The notes under the pieces were generated by a model. That model was not told the DNA's origin. It did no database searches and saw only the letters and a list, made by a program, of their open reading frames with translations. DNA of 64,000 nucleotides from Mycobacteriales bacterium (GTDB lineage Bacteria > Actinomycetota > Actinomycetes > JAFAQI01). Position numbers and translations under genes: made by a program. Below, one piece after another: positions 19,660-28,287 of the stretch. The stretch lies in NCBI GenBank assembly GCA_035550655.1, contig DASZOU010000022.1, forward strand, positions 31,096 through 95,095. Direction: 5' to 3'. Each line of letters opens with the position of its first letter. Positions within the stretch are counted from its first letter, which is position 1.

Positions 19660-20273
19660 GGCCGCTCCAACGAGGGGTGCGACGGCAGCTCGACCACCCG
19701 GTCGGCGCGGCTGAGCTCGGCGAGCATGTGCGTGACGACCACCACCGCTTTCCCCTGCCGGCTCCACGCGCGGCAGTGGTCCCAGAAGTTGACGTAGGTG
19801 CCCCGGTCGAATCCTTGGTACGGCTCGTCCAGTAGCAGGAGTCCGGGATTGCCGAGAAGGGCGATCGCGAGGTTGAGCTTCTGCCGCGTGCCGCCCGACA
19901 TCTCGGCAGTGACGACGCGCGCGCCGACCGGGAACCCGAACTCGTCGAGCAGGTCGTGACCGCGTCTCAGCGCCGTGGCACGGCCGAGTCCTAGTCCCCG
20001 GCCGAACATCACCAGGTGCTCGTCCGCGGTCAGGAGCTCGAACAGGCCCGGCGTCTGCGGGCAGTACCCGACGGCACCCGCGACCCGGACCTCACCCGCA
20101 TCGGCGGGCAAAAGCCCGGCGCAGATGCGCATGAGGGTCGACTTGCCGGCGCCGTTCTCGCCGGTCAGCGCGACGACCTCACCGGCGGTCACCGACAGGC
20201 TGACCCGGTCGAGCACCGTCGCGCGCCGGTAGCGCTTGCACACGCCCTCGACGACGAGCTCGTCGGGCGGCAT
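19656..20273 (-). CDS. ABC transporter ATP-binding protein
   Basis: Walker A GENGAGKST, signature MSGGTRQKL, Walker B LLLLDEP. Start set at MPPDELVV (20273). Confidence 0.8.
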   Translation of the reverse strand: MPPDELVVEGVCKRYRRATVLDRVSLSVTAGEVVALTGENGAGKSTLMRICAGLLPADAGEVRVAGAVGYCPQTPGLFELLTADEHLVMFGRGLGLGRATALRRGHDLLDEFGFPVGARVVTAEMSGGTRQKLNLAIALLGNPGLLLLDEPYQGFDRGTYVNFWDHCRAWSRQGKAVVVVTHMLAELSRADRVVELPSHPSLERP

Positions 20274-20467
20274 GGTGCGCACGTCTCGATGGTCGGGTTG
20301 CGCTGGTCCCGTCAGCCAGGGGCGAAGGTCATCCCCTCGCCTGGCGGGTCCGGGCAGCCCAGGATGGTCACGCCAATTTTCTGACAATTTGTTGTCAACA
20401 ACGCCCGGCAGTGCTTGGTTCACAGGTGTCGGGCCGTTTGAGCCTGCAGCCCAAGGGAGGGCCTGCG

Positions 20468-20869
20468 ATGGGCATGTTCAAGGACATCCGCAGCATGCAG
20501 AAGACCGCGAAGGAGATGGTGCCGCCGGAGCATCGGGGGGTCGCGGGCGGGTTCCGCGCCCTGAAGGACACCGCGGCGATGGGCGCCCAGATGATGGGCA
20601 ACCTGCAGGCGGCCAACGAGACCGCCACCCGGCTCCGCTCCACCGGCAAGCCGGGTACGGCGGTGGTGACGAGCGCGACCCAGACCGGCGCGTACATCAA
20701 CGACAGCCCGCAAGTACATCTCGGGCTGCAAGTGACCGTGGACGGCGCCACCTATCCCGCCGAGACCGACGCCATCATCCCGATCATCCAGATCCCACAG
20801 GTTCAGCCGGGCGCGACCCTTGCGGTTCTCGTCGACCCCGCGGACCCCAAGGTGCTGATGCTCGCCTGA
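20468..20869 (+). CDS. Hypothetical small protein (133 aa)
   Basis: AAGGGAGGG Shine-Dalgarno 7 nt upstream of ATG 20468. No recognisable domain. Confidence 0.4.
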   Translation: MGMFKDIRSMQKTAKEMVPPEHRGVAGGFRALKDTAAMGAQMMGNLQAANETATRLRSTGKPGTAVVTSATQTGAYINDSPQVHLGLQVTVDGATYPAETDAIIPIIQIPQVQPGATLAVLVDPADPKVLMLA

Positions 20870-20896
20870 ACGGCGCGCGGTCTTGATCGGCAGGTG

Positions 20897-20924
20897 CCGG
20901 GCGGCCGGATGCGCGGCCGCCCGG
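20897..20924 (+). terminator. GC-rich hairpin (11-bp perfect stem CCGGGCGGCCG / CGGCCGCCCGG, 6-nt loop) 28 nt after the stop of the small ORF
   Basis: Read directly from the sequence. There is no U-tract, which is common for actinobacterial intrinsic terminators. Confidence 0.35.
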
Positions 20925-20965
20925 TACCCGCTGTCCCGGTGAAGGCGGGCCAGTAGCCTCCCCCC

Positions 20966-21676
20966 GTGGAGTCGGGCGGGGACTTGGCATTGCTGCGGAT
21001 GTCGGGCGTCTCCAAGCACTTCCGCCGCGGCCGCGAAGTCGTCGCCGCCGTCAACGACGTCAGTCTCGAGGTCCGCGCCGGTGAGTTCGTCAGCGTTGTC
21101 GGCCCGAGCGGGTCCGGCAAGTCGACGTTGCTGCATCTCGCCGGCGGTCTCGATCGCGCAGACACCGGCTCGGTGTGGGTGGACGGGCAGGACGTCTCGA
21201 CGCTGTCGGCGTCGGCCCTGGCGCGACTGCGTCGCCGGCACGTCGGATTCGTGTTCCAGTTCTTCCACCTGATCCCGAACCTGACGGTCGGTGAGAACGT
21301 CGCGCTGCCACTGGTCCTGGACGGCGGACGCCATGGTGACGATCGGGTCGCCGAGCTGATCGAACGGGTCGGCCTGGCGCCGCGAGCGCGGCACCTGCCG
21401 GGTGAGCTGTCGGGCGGCGAGATGCAGCGAGTGGCGATCGCGCGGGCGCTGGTCAACTCACCCCGCCTGATCCTCGCCGACGAGCCGACCGGCAACCTCG
21501 ACCGCGCGACCGGCGCCGAGATCCTCGCCGTACTGGAGGAGCAAGTCACCCAAGCGGGAGTGGCGCTGCTCATGGTCACGCACGACGAGGCCGCCGCCCG
21601 GCGCGCCGAGCGAACCCTGCACGTCGTTGACGGACAGCTGACCTCAACTCGGCGCGCCTCCGCCCGGCGGGGCTGA
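20966..21676 (+). CDS. ABC transporter ATP-binding protein (MacB/LolD-type)
   Basis: Walker A GPSGSGKST, Q-loop, signature LSGGEMQRV, Walker [12 protein letters not shown]. Confidence 0.9.
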   Translation: MESGGDLALLRMSGVSKHFRRGREVVAAVNDVSLEVRAGEFVSVVGPSGSGKSTLLHLAGGLDRADTGSVWVDGQDVSTLSASALARLRRRHVGFVFQFFHLIPNLTVGENVALPLVLDGGRHGDDRVAELIERVGLAPRARHLPGELSGGEMQRVAIARALVNSPRLILADEPTGNLDRATGAEILAVLEEQVTQAGVALLMVTHDEAAARRAERTLHVVDGQLTSTRRASARRG

Positions 21677-21677
21677 C

Positions 21678-24206
21678 GTGCTCCGGGTCGCCTACTGGTT
21701 GAACCTGCGCCAAGCCCGCCGACGTCCGCTGCGCGCGGCGCTCGCAGTGATCTCGATCGCCGCCGGAGCGTCGCTGGGTGTCTCCGTGCTCGTCATGACG
21801 GCGAGCGTGTCCGCCAGCTTCCACACCTTCGGCCGCCAGCTCGCCGGACCCGCACCACTGCGGATCGTGGGCGCCACATCCAACGGCGGCATCGACGAAA
21901 GCGTCCTCAACACGGTCGAGCGGACCCCGGGCGTGCAGACCGCCGTACCGGTCGTACAGGTCGTCACCTACGCCGGAAGCCGCGCCGATCCGCGGGCGGA
22001 GAGCATCCTCAGCCTCGGCATCGACTGCCGGCTGCAGGCGCTGGTCGGACGGTTCGGTTGCTCCCGGACCGGGCTGACCGCGTTGGGCGACGCGGGTGGC
22101 GTCGCGGTCAGTCCTCAGCTGGCGAGCCGGCTCGGCCCCGACGCCGCTATCCAGACCGACACCGGCACGATTGCGCTGCGCTCGGCGCTGCGGCTGCCGG
22201 CGCTGGCCCGGTTCAACCACGGCGCCGTGGCCGTGTTCCCGCTGCGCGAAGCGCAGCACCTGTTCGCCCGTACGCACCGCCTCGATGCGATCTACGTGAT
22301 CCCGGCGACAGGGGCCGACGTCCGCGACCTGCGCACCCGACTGCAGGCGGCCGTCGGCTCGTGGAACGGCGTGCTCACCGCAACCCAGCCGCCGCCTGCC
22401 ATCGGCATCTACACCGACACGATCCTGCCGCTCTTCGCGCTGCTCAGCCTGTTCGCTCTCGCCGTCGGCGGAATGCTGATCTTCAACATCTCCGCGCTCG
22501 CCATGGAAGAGCGGCGCCGCGAGCTCGCCCTCGTAGCCGCGCTCGGGGGGACCGCCCGGGTGGTCCGGCTCGGGGCGATGCTCGAGGGCGCCGCGCTCGG
22601 GCTGCTGGGCGGACTGCTCGGGGTGGCTGGCGGCACGCTGCTCGCCCGGCCATTGACGGCGAGCCTGTCGAAGTTCACGGTCCTGGTCGTCGGGGTGCGG
22701 ATCCCTGTCCACCTCACGGTTGGGGCGGTCCTCGCAGGGATCGCGCTCGGCGCGGTCGTCGGCGGGATCGCGGCCCTGATGTCGACGCGGCGGATCGGCC
22801 GGATCGACGTCGTCGCCGAGCTGTCGATGCGCGAGGAGACCTTCGACGCACAGCACCGCCGCAACGCCGTGATGGCCGGCGTCTTCATCGTGCTGTGCGT
22901 CTTGGGGTTCGCGGTCTGCTGGGTCGCTCAGCGCAACGGCGCCATCGAGCCGTGGCAGGCAAAGATCGCGCCCGTCGGCGTGCTGCTCGCGACGGTGTCG
23001 TCACTGCTCGCCTCGGCGTCGCTCGCGGCGGTGATCGCGGCCACCCTCGCGCGGCTCGTCCGTGGCTTCGACGGACCGCTTCGGCTCGGCATCGCGAACC
23101 TGGCGCGGCAGGGCCGGCGCGCCGGTGTGATGGCAGTCGCGGTGGGCGCCGCGGTGACGACGGCGTTCGTCATAGGCAGCACCCAAGCCGCCGCGAAGGC
23201 TGACATCGCCCACAGCATCGAGACCGGGCACCCGCAGGAGGTGTACGTCTCGACGCTGTCCCCCAACAACACGGTCAACATCGAGTCCAAGCCGACCGCG
23301 GCCCTCGGTGCTGCCCTCGGCCGCATCCCGGGCGTCGCACGGGTGGACCGCAGCGAGTTCGTCCTCAGCGGGCACGACAGCAGCCATTTGGTCGGGATCC
23401 TGGCCGCGACGTACCCGTGGCTGAACCTGCCGTTGATCGAGGGCAGCAAGAGCCCGCAGTCGTTCGCGTCCGGCCGGGTGCTGATCGGCGCTGCCCTCGC
23501 GCGAGACCGTGGGCTTCGCCCCGGGTCCACGATGCTCATCGACACCCCGACCGGCCGCAAACCGGTGACCGTCGGCGGCGTCTGGCGGGACGGCAACCTG
23601 GGCGGTCGCGCCGTCACCATCCCGATGTCGCTGTATCAGCGGCTCTTCGGCAGGCAGCCGGTGCAGAGCTTCGGGCTGATTCCGGTCCGCGGCCTCAGCG
23701 CCGCGGCGCTCGCCGACCGAGTCAGGGCAGCGAGCCTGCTTCCCGGACTGATCGTCGAAGATCCGGCGCAGTACGCCGCAGACATCTCCTCCTCCGTCAA
23801 CGACCAGCTGTCGCCGTTCACCGCGATGCAGCGCGGGCTGCTTCTCGTCGCGTTCGTCGCCGTGCTCTCGACACTGCTCCTGGTCGGTGTGCAGCGCCGG
23901 CGCGAGCTCGGCCTCCTGGCAGCAGTCGGAATGGAACCGTCACAGCTTGCCCGGATGACGATTGCCGAGGGTCTGTGCGCCGGGGTCGTCGGCCTCGCGC
24001 TGGCGTTGGTCGGGTCGGTCGTGATCCAGACCGGCTTCCACCTCGTCTTGCCGATCATCATCGGGTTCAAGGACCCGCTCCGCTACGACTTCGTCAGCTT
24101 CGCGGTATGGGCGGCCGCCTCGCTCGTCCTGGTCGGCGCCGCATCGGTGCTACCGGCCTGGCGCAACGCACGCGTACCAGTCCTCGAATCCCTGCAATAC
24201 GAGTAA
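21678..24206 (+). CDS. FtsX-like ABC permease with two FtsX/MacB permease domains (842 aa)
   Basis: Two repeats of the 4-TM FtsX module, each preceded by a large extracytoplasmic domain. Starts immediately after the ATPase gene. Confidence 0.85.
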   Translation: MLRVAYWLNLRQARRRPLRAALAVISIAAGASLGVSVLVMTASVSASFHTFGRQLAGPAPLRIVGATSNGGIDESVLNTVERTPGVQTAVPVVQVVTYAGSRADPRAESILSLGIDCRLQALVGRFGCSRTGLTALGDAGGVAVSPQLASRLGPDAAIQTDTGTIALRSALRLPALARFNHGAVAVFPLREAQHLFARTHRLDAIYVIPATGADVRDLRTRLQAAVGSWNGVLTATQPPPAIGIYTDTILPLFALLSLFALAVGGMLIFNISALAMEERRRELALVAALGGTARVVRLGAMLEGAALGLLGGLLGVAGGTLLARPLTASLSKFTVLVVGVRIPVHLTVGAVLAGIALGAVVGGIAALMSTRRIGRIDVVAELSMREETFDAQHRRNAVMAGVFIVLCVLGFAVCWVAQRNGAIEPWQAKIAPVGVLLATVSSLLASASLAAVIAATLARLVRGFDGPLRLGIANLARQGRRAGVMAVAVGAAVTTAFVIGSTQAAAKADIAHSIETGHPQEVYVSTLSPNNTVNIESKPTAALGAALGRIPGVARVDRSEFVLSGHDSSHLVGILAATYPWLNLPLIEGSKSPQSFASGRVLIGAALARDRGLRPGSTMLIDTPTGRKPVTVGGVWRDGNLGGRAVTIPMSLYQRLFGRQPVQSFGLIPVRGLSAAALADRVRAASLLPGLIVEDPAQYAADISSSVNDQLSPFTAMQRGLLLVAFVAVLSTLLLVGVQRRRELGLLAAVGMEPSQLARMTIAEGLCAGVVGLALALVGSVVIQTGFHLVLPIIIGFKDPLRYDFVSFAVWAAASLVLVGAASVLPAWRNARVPVLESLQYE

Positions 24207-24296
24207 GGCCAGTGACGGACGCGGGCGCCCTTCGTGGCGTCGGCGGGACCGACTCCAAGATCGTTTCCGTCATAGCTCGGCCGTAAGTTCCGCTGC

Positions 24297-24782
24297 GTGA
24301 AGACGCGGACATGCACTGAGTGTCGGCGCATCTTCCAGCCGTCAAGCGGCCATCTGAGATGTCCTTCATGTAGATCGAAGGGTGTCTGCGGTTGCGGTAA
24401 GCCCAAACAAGTCAAGTCGTCGACCTGCGCCGACTGCCGTACCGAGGGCGGCTCATCCAACGGCAACTGGCGCGGTGGACGAACACGACACAAGGCCGGC
24501 TACATCTTGGTCAAAGCGCGCTTGCATCCACGGGGCGGCTCAAGCGGCTACGTGTTCGAGCACATCCTTGTCGCGGAAGAGCTCCTTGGCCGGTACCTGG
24601 CGCCGGACGAGACGATCCACCATCGAAATGGCGTCCGCGACGACAACCGTCCGGAGACCCTCGAGCTGTGGACGCGACCGCAGCCTTCCGGCATCCGCGC
24701 ACGCGATGCGCTCGCCTGGGCGCACGAGATCATCGCGCGCTACGAGGGAACGGGGTCGCCTCCAACAACGCTCACATCGTGA
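24297..24782 (+). CDS. HNH endonuclease with N-terminal Cys-rich zinc ribbon
   Basis: GTG start. CxxC…CxxC…CGCG…CxxC then HNH core GYVFEHILVAEELLGRYLAPDETIHHRNGVRDDNRPENLELW. It sits 98 bp from the 3-prime end of ssrA on the opposite strand. Confidence 0.75.
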   Translation: MKTRTCTECRRIFQPSSGHLRCPSCRSKGVCGCGKPKQVKSSTCADCRTEGGSSNGNWRGGRTRHKAGYILVKARLHPRGGSSGYVFEHILVAEELLGRYLAPDETIHHRNGVRDDNRPETLELWTRPQPSGIRARDALAWAHEIIARYEGTGSPPTTLTS

Positions 24783-24842
24783 GCGCTCATGTTCCTCGCG
24801 AAGGCGGAGCCTTCGCTCGTCAACGAACTTGATCGCCTCGGA

Positions 24843-24858
24843 AGAGCGCAAGCGCTCT
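24843..24858. terminator. Short hairpin AGAGCGC-AA-GCGCTCT between the convergent HNH gene and ssrA
   Basis: 7-bp perfect stem read directly. Lies just downstream of the tmRNA 3-prime end (minus strand) and the HNH stop (plus strand). Confidence 0.3.
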
Positions 24859-24879
24859 CCGCTCGGCTCACGGCGTTCG

Positions 24880-25236
24880 TGGAGGCGGCGGGATTCGAAC
24901 CCGCGTCCTTCGGCGGTTCATCAAGGCTTCTCCGGGCGCAGCCTGTTGCGGTTTTCTCAGCTCCAGCGGCGGCACAGGCGCCCCGCTGCGAGCTCAGTCA
25001 CTGTTTGATTTCCCTTGGATCCCCGTGACCGGGATCCGCGGTGGAGCCTCCTATCGATGCCAGGTCCTAGAGCGGAGGCGCCCCTAGGCTGACAGCTCTG
25101 CTACCTGTCAGGCAGCGAGAGCGAGCCGGTTGTTATCGGCATTTATTGAAGTTGCCGCGAGTGGTTTGCGAGATCACGCGACATCCTCGGCCCGCTTCCC
25201 TTGAATCGACGTCCGAAGTCGAAACCGTTCGCCCCC
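24880..25236 (-). ncRNA. ssrA: tmRNA (transfer-messenger RNA, SsrA), ~357 nt, CCA not encoded
   Basis: Reverse complement begins GGGGGCGAACGGTTTCGACTTCGGACGTCGATTCAAGGGAAGCGGGCCGAGG and ends …GGGTTCGAATCCCGCCGCCTCCA (tRNA-Ala-like acceptor with a G3:U pair). The internal tag ORF at 25108-25140 (minus) reads GCC GAT AAC AAC CGG CTC GCT CTC GCT GCC TGA, giving A-DNNRLALAA-stop. Confidence 0.9.
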
Positions 25237-25314
25237 TCGTGTGTTCGGTGATGAGTACAACGTCGAGCGTACCCCTCGGCTTCCCACCAGGAACCTCGGA
25301 TTTCTGCCACCCCA

Positions 25315-25331
25315 ATACCCCAGGGGGGTAT
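25315..25331. promoter_or_regulatory. RicR/CsoR-type operator ATACCCC-AGG-GGGGTAT (TACCC-N5-GGGTA) upstream of the permease-csoR operon
   Basis: Perfect 7-bp inverted repeat read directly. It matches the published RicR/CsoR GC-rich pseudopalindrome class and lies 58 bp upstream of the permease ATG. Confidence 0.6.
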
Positions 25332-25388
25332 TTTGCAAGGGTGGGCACGCTCTCGACGATCTGGCACAGCCTCGACGAGGGCTTCTTC

Positions 25389-26579
25389 ATGTTCTGGCAG
25401 ACGCTCTGGGCTCTCGTGCTCGGCTTCGTGCTCTCCGGCGCCGTCCAGGCCCTGGTGTCACGTCGCGCGATGGTGCGCACCATGGGCGATCACGGCCCCG
25501 CCGCGATCACCCGCGCGTCCCTGTTCGGGATGGCGAGCTCCTCCTGCTCCTACGCCGCCAGCGCGCTGGCTCGGTCGCTGTTCGACCGCGGCGCCGACTT
25601 CACCACGGCAATCGTCTTCATGGTCGCCTCGACGAACCTCGTCATCGAGCTCGGTCTCGTGATGTGGCTCCTGATCGGCTGGCAGCTCGCCGCTGCCGAG
25701 TTCCTCGGCGGCGCGATCATGATCGTCCTGCTCGCAGCGCTCCTGCCGAAGGCGGCGAGCGCCTCGCTCCTCGAAACAACGAGAGCGCACCGAGATGACG
25801 CGCAAGCGGAGCCTGAAGACTCCGAACCCGACGCCGGCTTCCGCGCTCGGTTGCAGGATCCCGCTCGGCGTCGGGCCGCCGCCCGCTACACGTTGTCGGA
25901 CCTGTCCATGCTGCGCCGCGAGATCGTCATCGGCTTCGTGGTCGCCGGGTTCCTCGCGGTCGGCGTCCCGACTCGGGTGTGGTCGGCCGTCTTCATCCAC
26001 GGTCACGGCGCCCTGACCGCGATCGAGAACGCCCTCGTCGGCCCTGCCGTCGCGATGGTGAGCTTCGTCTGCTCGATCGGCAACGTGCCGCTCGCCGCCG
26101 CGCTCTGGCAACGCGGCGTGAGCTTCGGCGGCGTAATCGCCTTCGTCTTCGCCGACCTGCTCTCGCTGCCGCTCGTCCTCATCTACCGCAAGCTGTACGG
26201 CGGCCGGCTGACACTGCGGCTCGTGGCGGTGCTCTGGTTCGCCATGAGCAGCGCCGGGCTTCTCACCGAGGTCGTCATGCGCGCCCTCGGCGGGATTCCC
26301 GGTCATCGGCCGCGGCTCGTCGCGGCCGAGCACTTCGCCTGGAACCACACGACCGTGCTGAACATCATTGCTCTGGTCGGCTTCGCGCTCGTCGTCCGCG
26401 CCGGACGCGGCGCCAGGGCGGACGACGGCGGCTCGCCGTACGCGATCGATCCGGTGTGCGGCATGCAGGTCGAGCGCGCGCACGCGCCCGCGTCGTACGG
26501 CGACGGCGTGACCCAGGTCTACTTCTGCAGCACTCGATGCCGGGATCACTACGTGACGGACAGGGAGACGGTGGCATGA
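25389..26579 (+). CDS. YraQ/ArsP-like (DUF318) permease fused to a C-terminal YHS/TRASH metal-binding domain
   Basis: Polytopic permease with the family Cys motif (…MASSSCSYAAS…). The C-terminus DPVCGMQV…YFCSTRCRDHY is a YHS/TRASH domain. The track's longer N-terminus (from 25146) would run through the tmRNA gene, so the start is set at ATG 25389 (an in-frame GTG at 25341 is also possible). Confidence 0.8.
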   Translation: MFWQTLWALVLGFVLSGAVQALVSRRAMVRTMGDHGPAAITRASLFGMASSSCSYAASALARSLFDRGADFTTAIVFMVASTNLVIELGLVMWLLIGWQLAAAEFLGGAIMIVLLAALLPKAASASLLETTRAHRDDAQAEPEDSEPDAGFRARLQDPARRRAAARYTLSDLSMLRREIVIGFVVAGFLAVGVPTRVWSAVFIHGHGALTAIENALVGPAVAMVSFVCSIGNVPLAAALWQRGVSFGGVIAFVFADLLSLPLVLIYRKLYGGRLTLRLVAVLWFAMSSAGLLTEVVMRALGGIPGHRPRLVAAEHFAWNHTTVLNIIALVGFALVVRAGRGARADDGGSPYAIDPVCGMQVERAHAPASYGDGVTQVYFCSTRCRDHYVTDRETVA

Positions 26580-26866
26580 CCACAACGCGCGGCTACACCG
26601 CGGACAAGGCGGCGTACCAGCGCCGGTTGCGCCGGATCGAGGGACAGGTGCGCGGCATCGCGCGGATGGTGGACGACGACGAGTACTGCATCGACGTACT
26701 GACCCAGGTCGCAGCCGTCACCAAGGCGCTGCAGGCGGTCGCCCTCGGCCTGCTGGAGGACCACCTCGGACACTGCGTGCGCGAGGCCGTTGCGGACGGC
26801 GGTGACGATGCCGACGTGAAGCTGCGCGAGGCCTCCGAAGCCATCGCCAGACTGGTTCGCTCGTAG
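26576..26866 (+). CDS. csoR: CsoR/RicR-family copper-sensing transcriptional repressor (DUF156)
   Basis: 96 aa; YCIDVLTQVAAV…HLGHCV contains the Cys-His-Cys Cu(I) ligand set. ATGA overlap with the permease stop. Confidence 0.85.
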   Translation: MTTTRGYTADKAAYQRRLRRIEGQVRGIARMVDDDEYCIDVLTQVAAVTKALQAVALGLLEDHLGHCVREAVADGGDDADVKLREASEAIARLVRS

Positions 26867-26950
26867 CGCGGTTGCGCGGCGACTTTCCACAGTCACGGGC
26901 CGAAATCCCTTTATTCACAAGACAATTCAGGGCTTGACACTAGGCATTCT

Positions 26951-26966
26951 TCGAACATATGTTCGA
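26951..26966. promoter_or_regulatory. LexA SOS box (Cheo-type) TCGAACATATGTTCGA overlapping the -10 of the REP13E12 gene promoter
   Basis: Perfect match to the actinobacterial/mycobacterial consensus TCGAAC-N4-GTTCGA. TTGACA at 26934-26939 and TATGTT at 26958-26963 with an 18-nt spacer form a sigma-70-like promoter. Confidence 0.7.
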
Positions 26967-26969
26967 GTC

Positions 26970-28280
26970 GTGCTGGACCCCGAGTTCGATCGCATCTTCG
27001 GAAAGACGGATGCGCGGCTCGCTGTGCTGGAAGAGATGCCGGTGGGTGGCGCTCTCGCATCGGCACTCGTCGCGCTGCGGAGCCTGCAGATGGACGGGTA
27101 CGCCGCGGTCCGGGTTCATGCCCTGTGGTCGAAGGTCATCGCGTGGGCGGCGGCTCAACAGATGATCGCCACGAATGACTGCGTCAGCGGTGTGCGCGGA
27201 CTCGTCGGACCGCCGGACGATCCCCACGAGGCCTACGTGCTCGCCGCGCAGGAGATTGCGTGCGCCACCTCCGTCCCCTACCCGACAGCGATGGCGCAGA
27301 TCGAGCTCGTCGACCGGATCGGGGAATGCATGCCCGAGAGCTGGTCGGCACTCGACCGGGGCGACATCTCGTTGAACCACGTGAAGGCATGTCACCGCGC
27401 GACGCGCAACTGCCCGCCGAGGGTCGCCGCCGCGGTCGAAGCACAGGTGATCCCGCAGGCGGTTGCGCGTGGCTGGACGCCGAGCGAGCTCGCTCGCGCG
27501 GCGCGCAAGCTCATCATCACGATCGATCCGGAGGGCGCCGCGCAGCGCGAGGCGGAAGCCAAGACCAGGTCCGACGTCGAGTTCTTCCCGGGCGAGGACG
27601 GCATGGCCGGACTGAACTCGTTCGGCCCGGCTCCGCTGGTCCGAGAGATGGCCGACGTGATCGACGATCGTGCCGCAACGATGAAGCGTGAGGGCGACAA
27701 CCGATCGATCGGCCTGCGGCGTTTCCAGGCGCTGTACGACGCCGTCGTCGGCTCGTCGGCCGGCTCCAAGCCGAGTCCCGCCCGCGCGCACACGCTGCTG
27801 ACCGTCCCGCTCACCACGGTGCTCGGGCTTGATGACCAACCCGGCGAGCTGGCCGGCTACGGGCCGGTCACTGCGGCAACCGCGCGCCGGATCGCCGCAG
27901 ACTCGACGTTGAGCCGGCTCGTCACCGACCCGATGTCCGGTACGCCGATCGACCTGGGCCGAAAGTACAAGCCGTCGCGTCTACTGCGCGACCTCGTCAA
28001 GGCCACGCAGCCACGGTGCTCGATGATCGGCTGCTCCCGGCCGGCGTACCAGTGCGAGATGGACCACCGACTCGAGCACAACCGGGGCGGTGACACCAAT
28101 CCACAGAACCTGCAACCACTGTGCAAGCTGCATCACCAGCTGAAGACGAAGCAGCGCTGGAAGGTCGGCATCAACGCCGACGGCGAGCAGGAGTGGACCA
28201 GCTACCTCGGCTTCCGCTACGTCTCGCGCGACCGGGACCCGCGGGCCGGCGACCCCGACCCGCCGCGGCAGGTGGCGTGA
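26970..28280 (+). CDS. REP13E12-family protein (DUF222 N-terminal domain + C-terminal HNH nuclease)
   Basis: DUF222 body followed by CSMIGCSRPAYQCEMDHRLEHNRGGDTNPQNLQPLCKLHHQLK (HNH). The start is uncertain; in-frame GTG 26970 is used, and the track's TTG at 26934 lies inside the promoter. Confidence 0.8.
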   Translation: MLDPEFDRIFGKTDARLAVLEEMPVGGALASALVALRSLQMDGYAAVRVHALWSKVIAWAAAQQMIATNDCVSGVRGLVGPPDDPHEAYVLAAQEIACATSVPYPTAMAQIELVDRIGECMPESWSALDRGDISLNHVKACHRATRNCPPRVAAAVEAQVIPQAVARGWTPSELARAARKLIITIDPEGAAQREAEAKTRSDVEFFPGEDGMAGLNSFGPAPLVREMADVIDDRAATMKREGDNRSIGLRRFQALYDAVVGSSAGSKPSPARAHTLLTVPLTTVLGLDDQPGELAGYGPVTAATARRIAADSTLSRLVTDPMSGTPIDLGRKYKPSRLLRDLVKATQPRCSMIGCSRPAYQCEMDHRLEHNRGGDTNPQNLQPLCKLHHQLKTKQRWKVGINADGEQEWTSYLGFRYVSRDRDPRAGDPDPPRQVA

Positions 28281-28287
28281 CGAGAAC

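Noticed and set aside
21576-22856. 426-aa ORF on - strand, and other long antisense ORFs (18715-19797 +, 28501-29997 +, 20420-21394 -, 35386-36264 -, 54239-55699 -)
   Set aside because: All lie antisense to genes with strong motif evidence (FtsX-like permease, ABC genes, S41 peptidase, tadB, GMC oxidoreductase) and have Arg/Ala/Gly-rich low-complexity translations.
20966-24206. MacAB-type tripartite efflux pump
   Set aside because: ATPase and double-FtsX permease are present, but there is no MacA-like periplasmic adaptor gene nearby. Annotated simply as a MacB/FtsX-like ABC transporter (Gram-positive type without adaptor).
24206-25300. Prophage/integrative element inserted at ssrA
   Set aside because: No integrase, excisionase, or direct repeat of the ssrA 3-prime end found on either side. 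Only a lone HNH gene and a REP13E12 gene. Reported as a possible decayed event rather than as a mobile element.
25146-25388. N-terminal 81 codons of the track ORF 25146-26579
   Set aside because: Would be translated straight through the tmRNA gene (24880-25236) and the RicR-type operator. The permease most plausibly starts at ATG 25389 (or GTG 25341).
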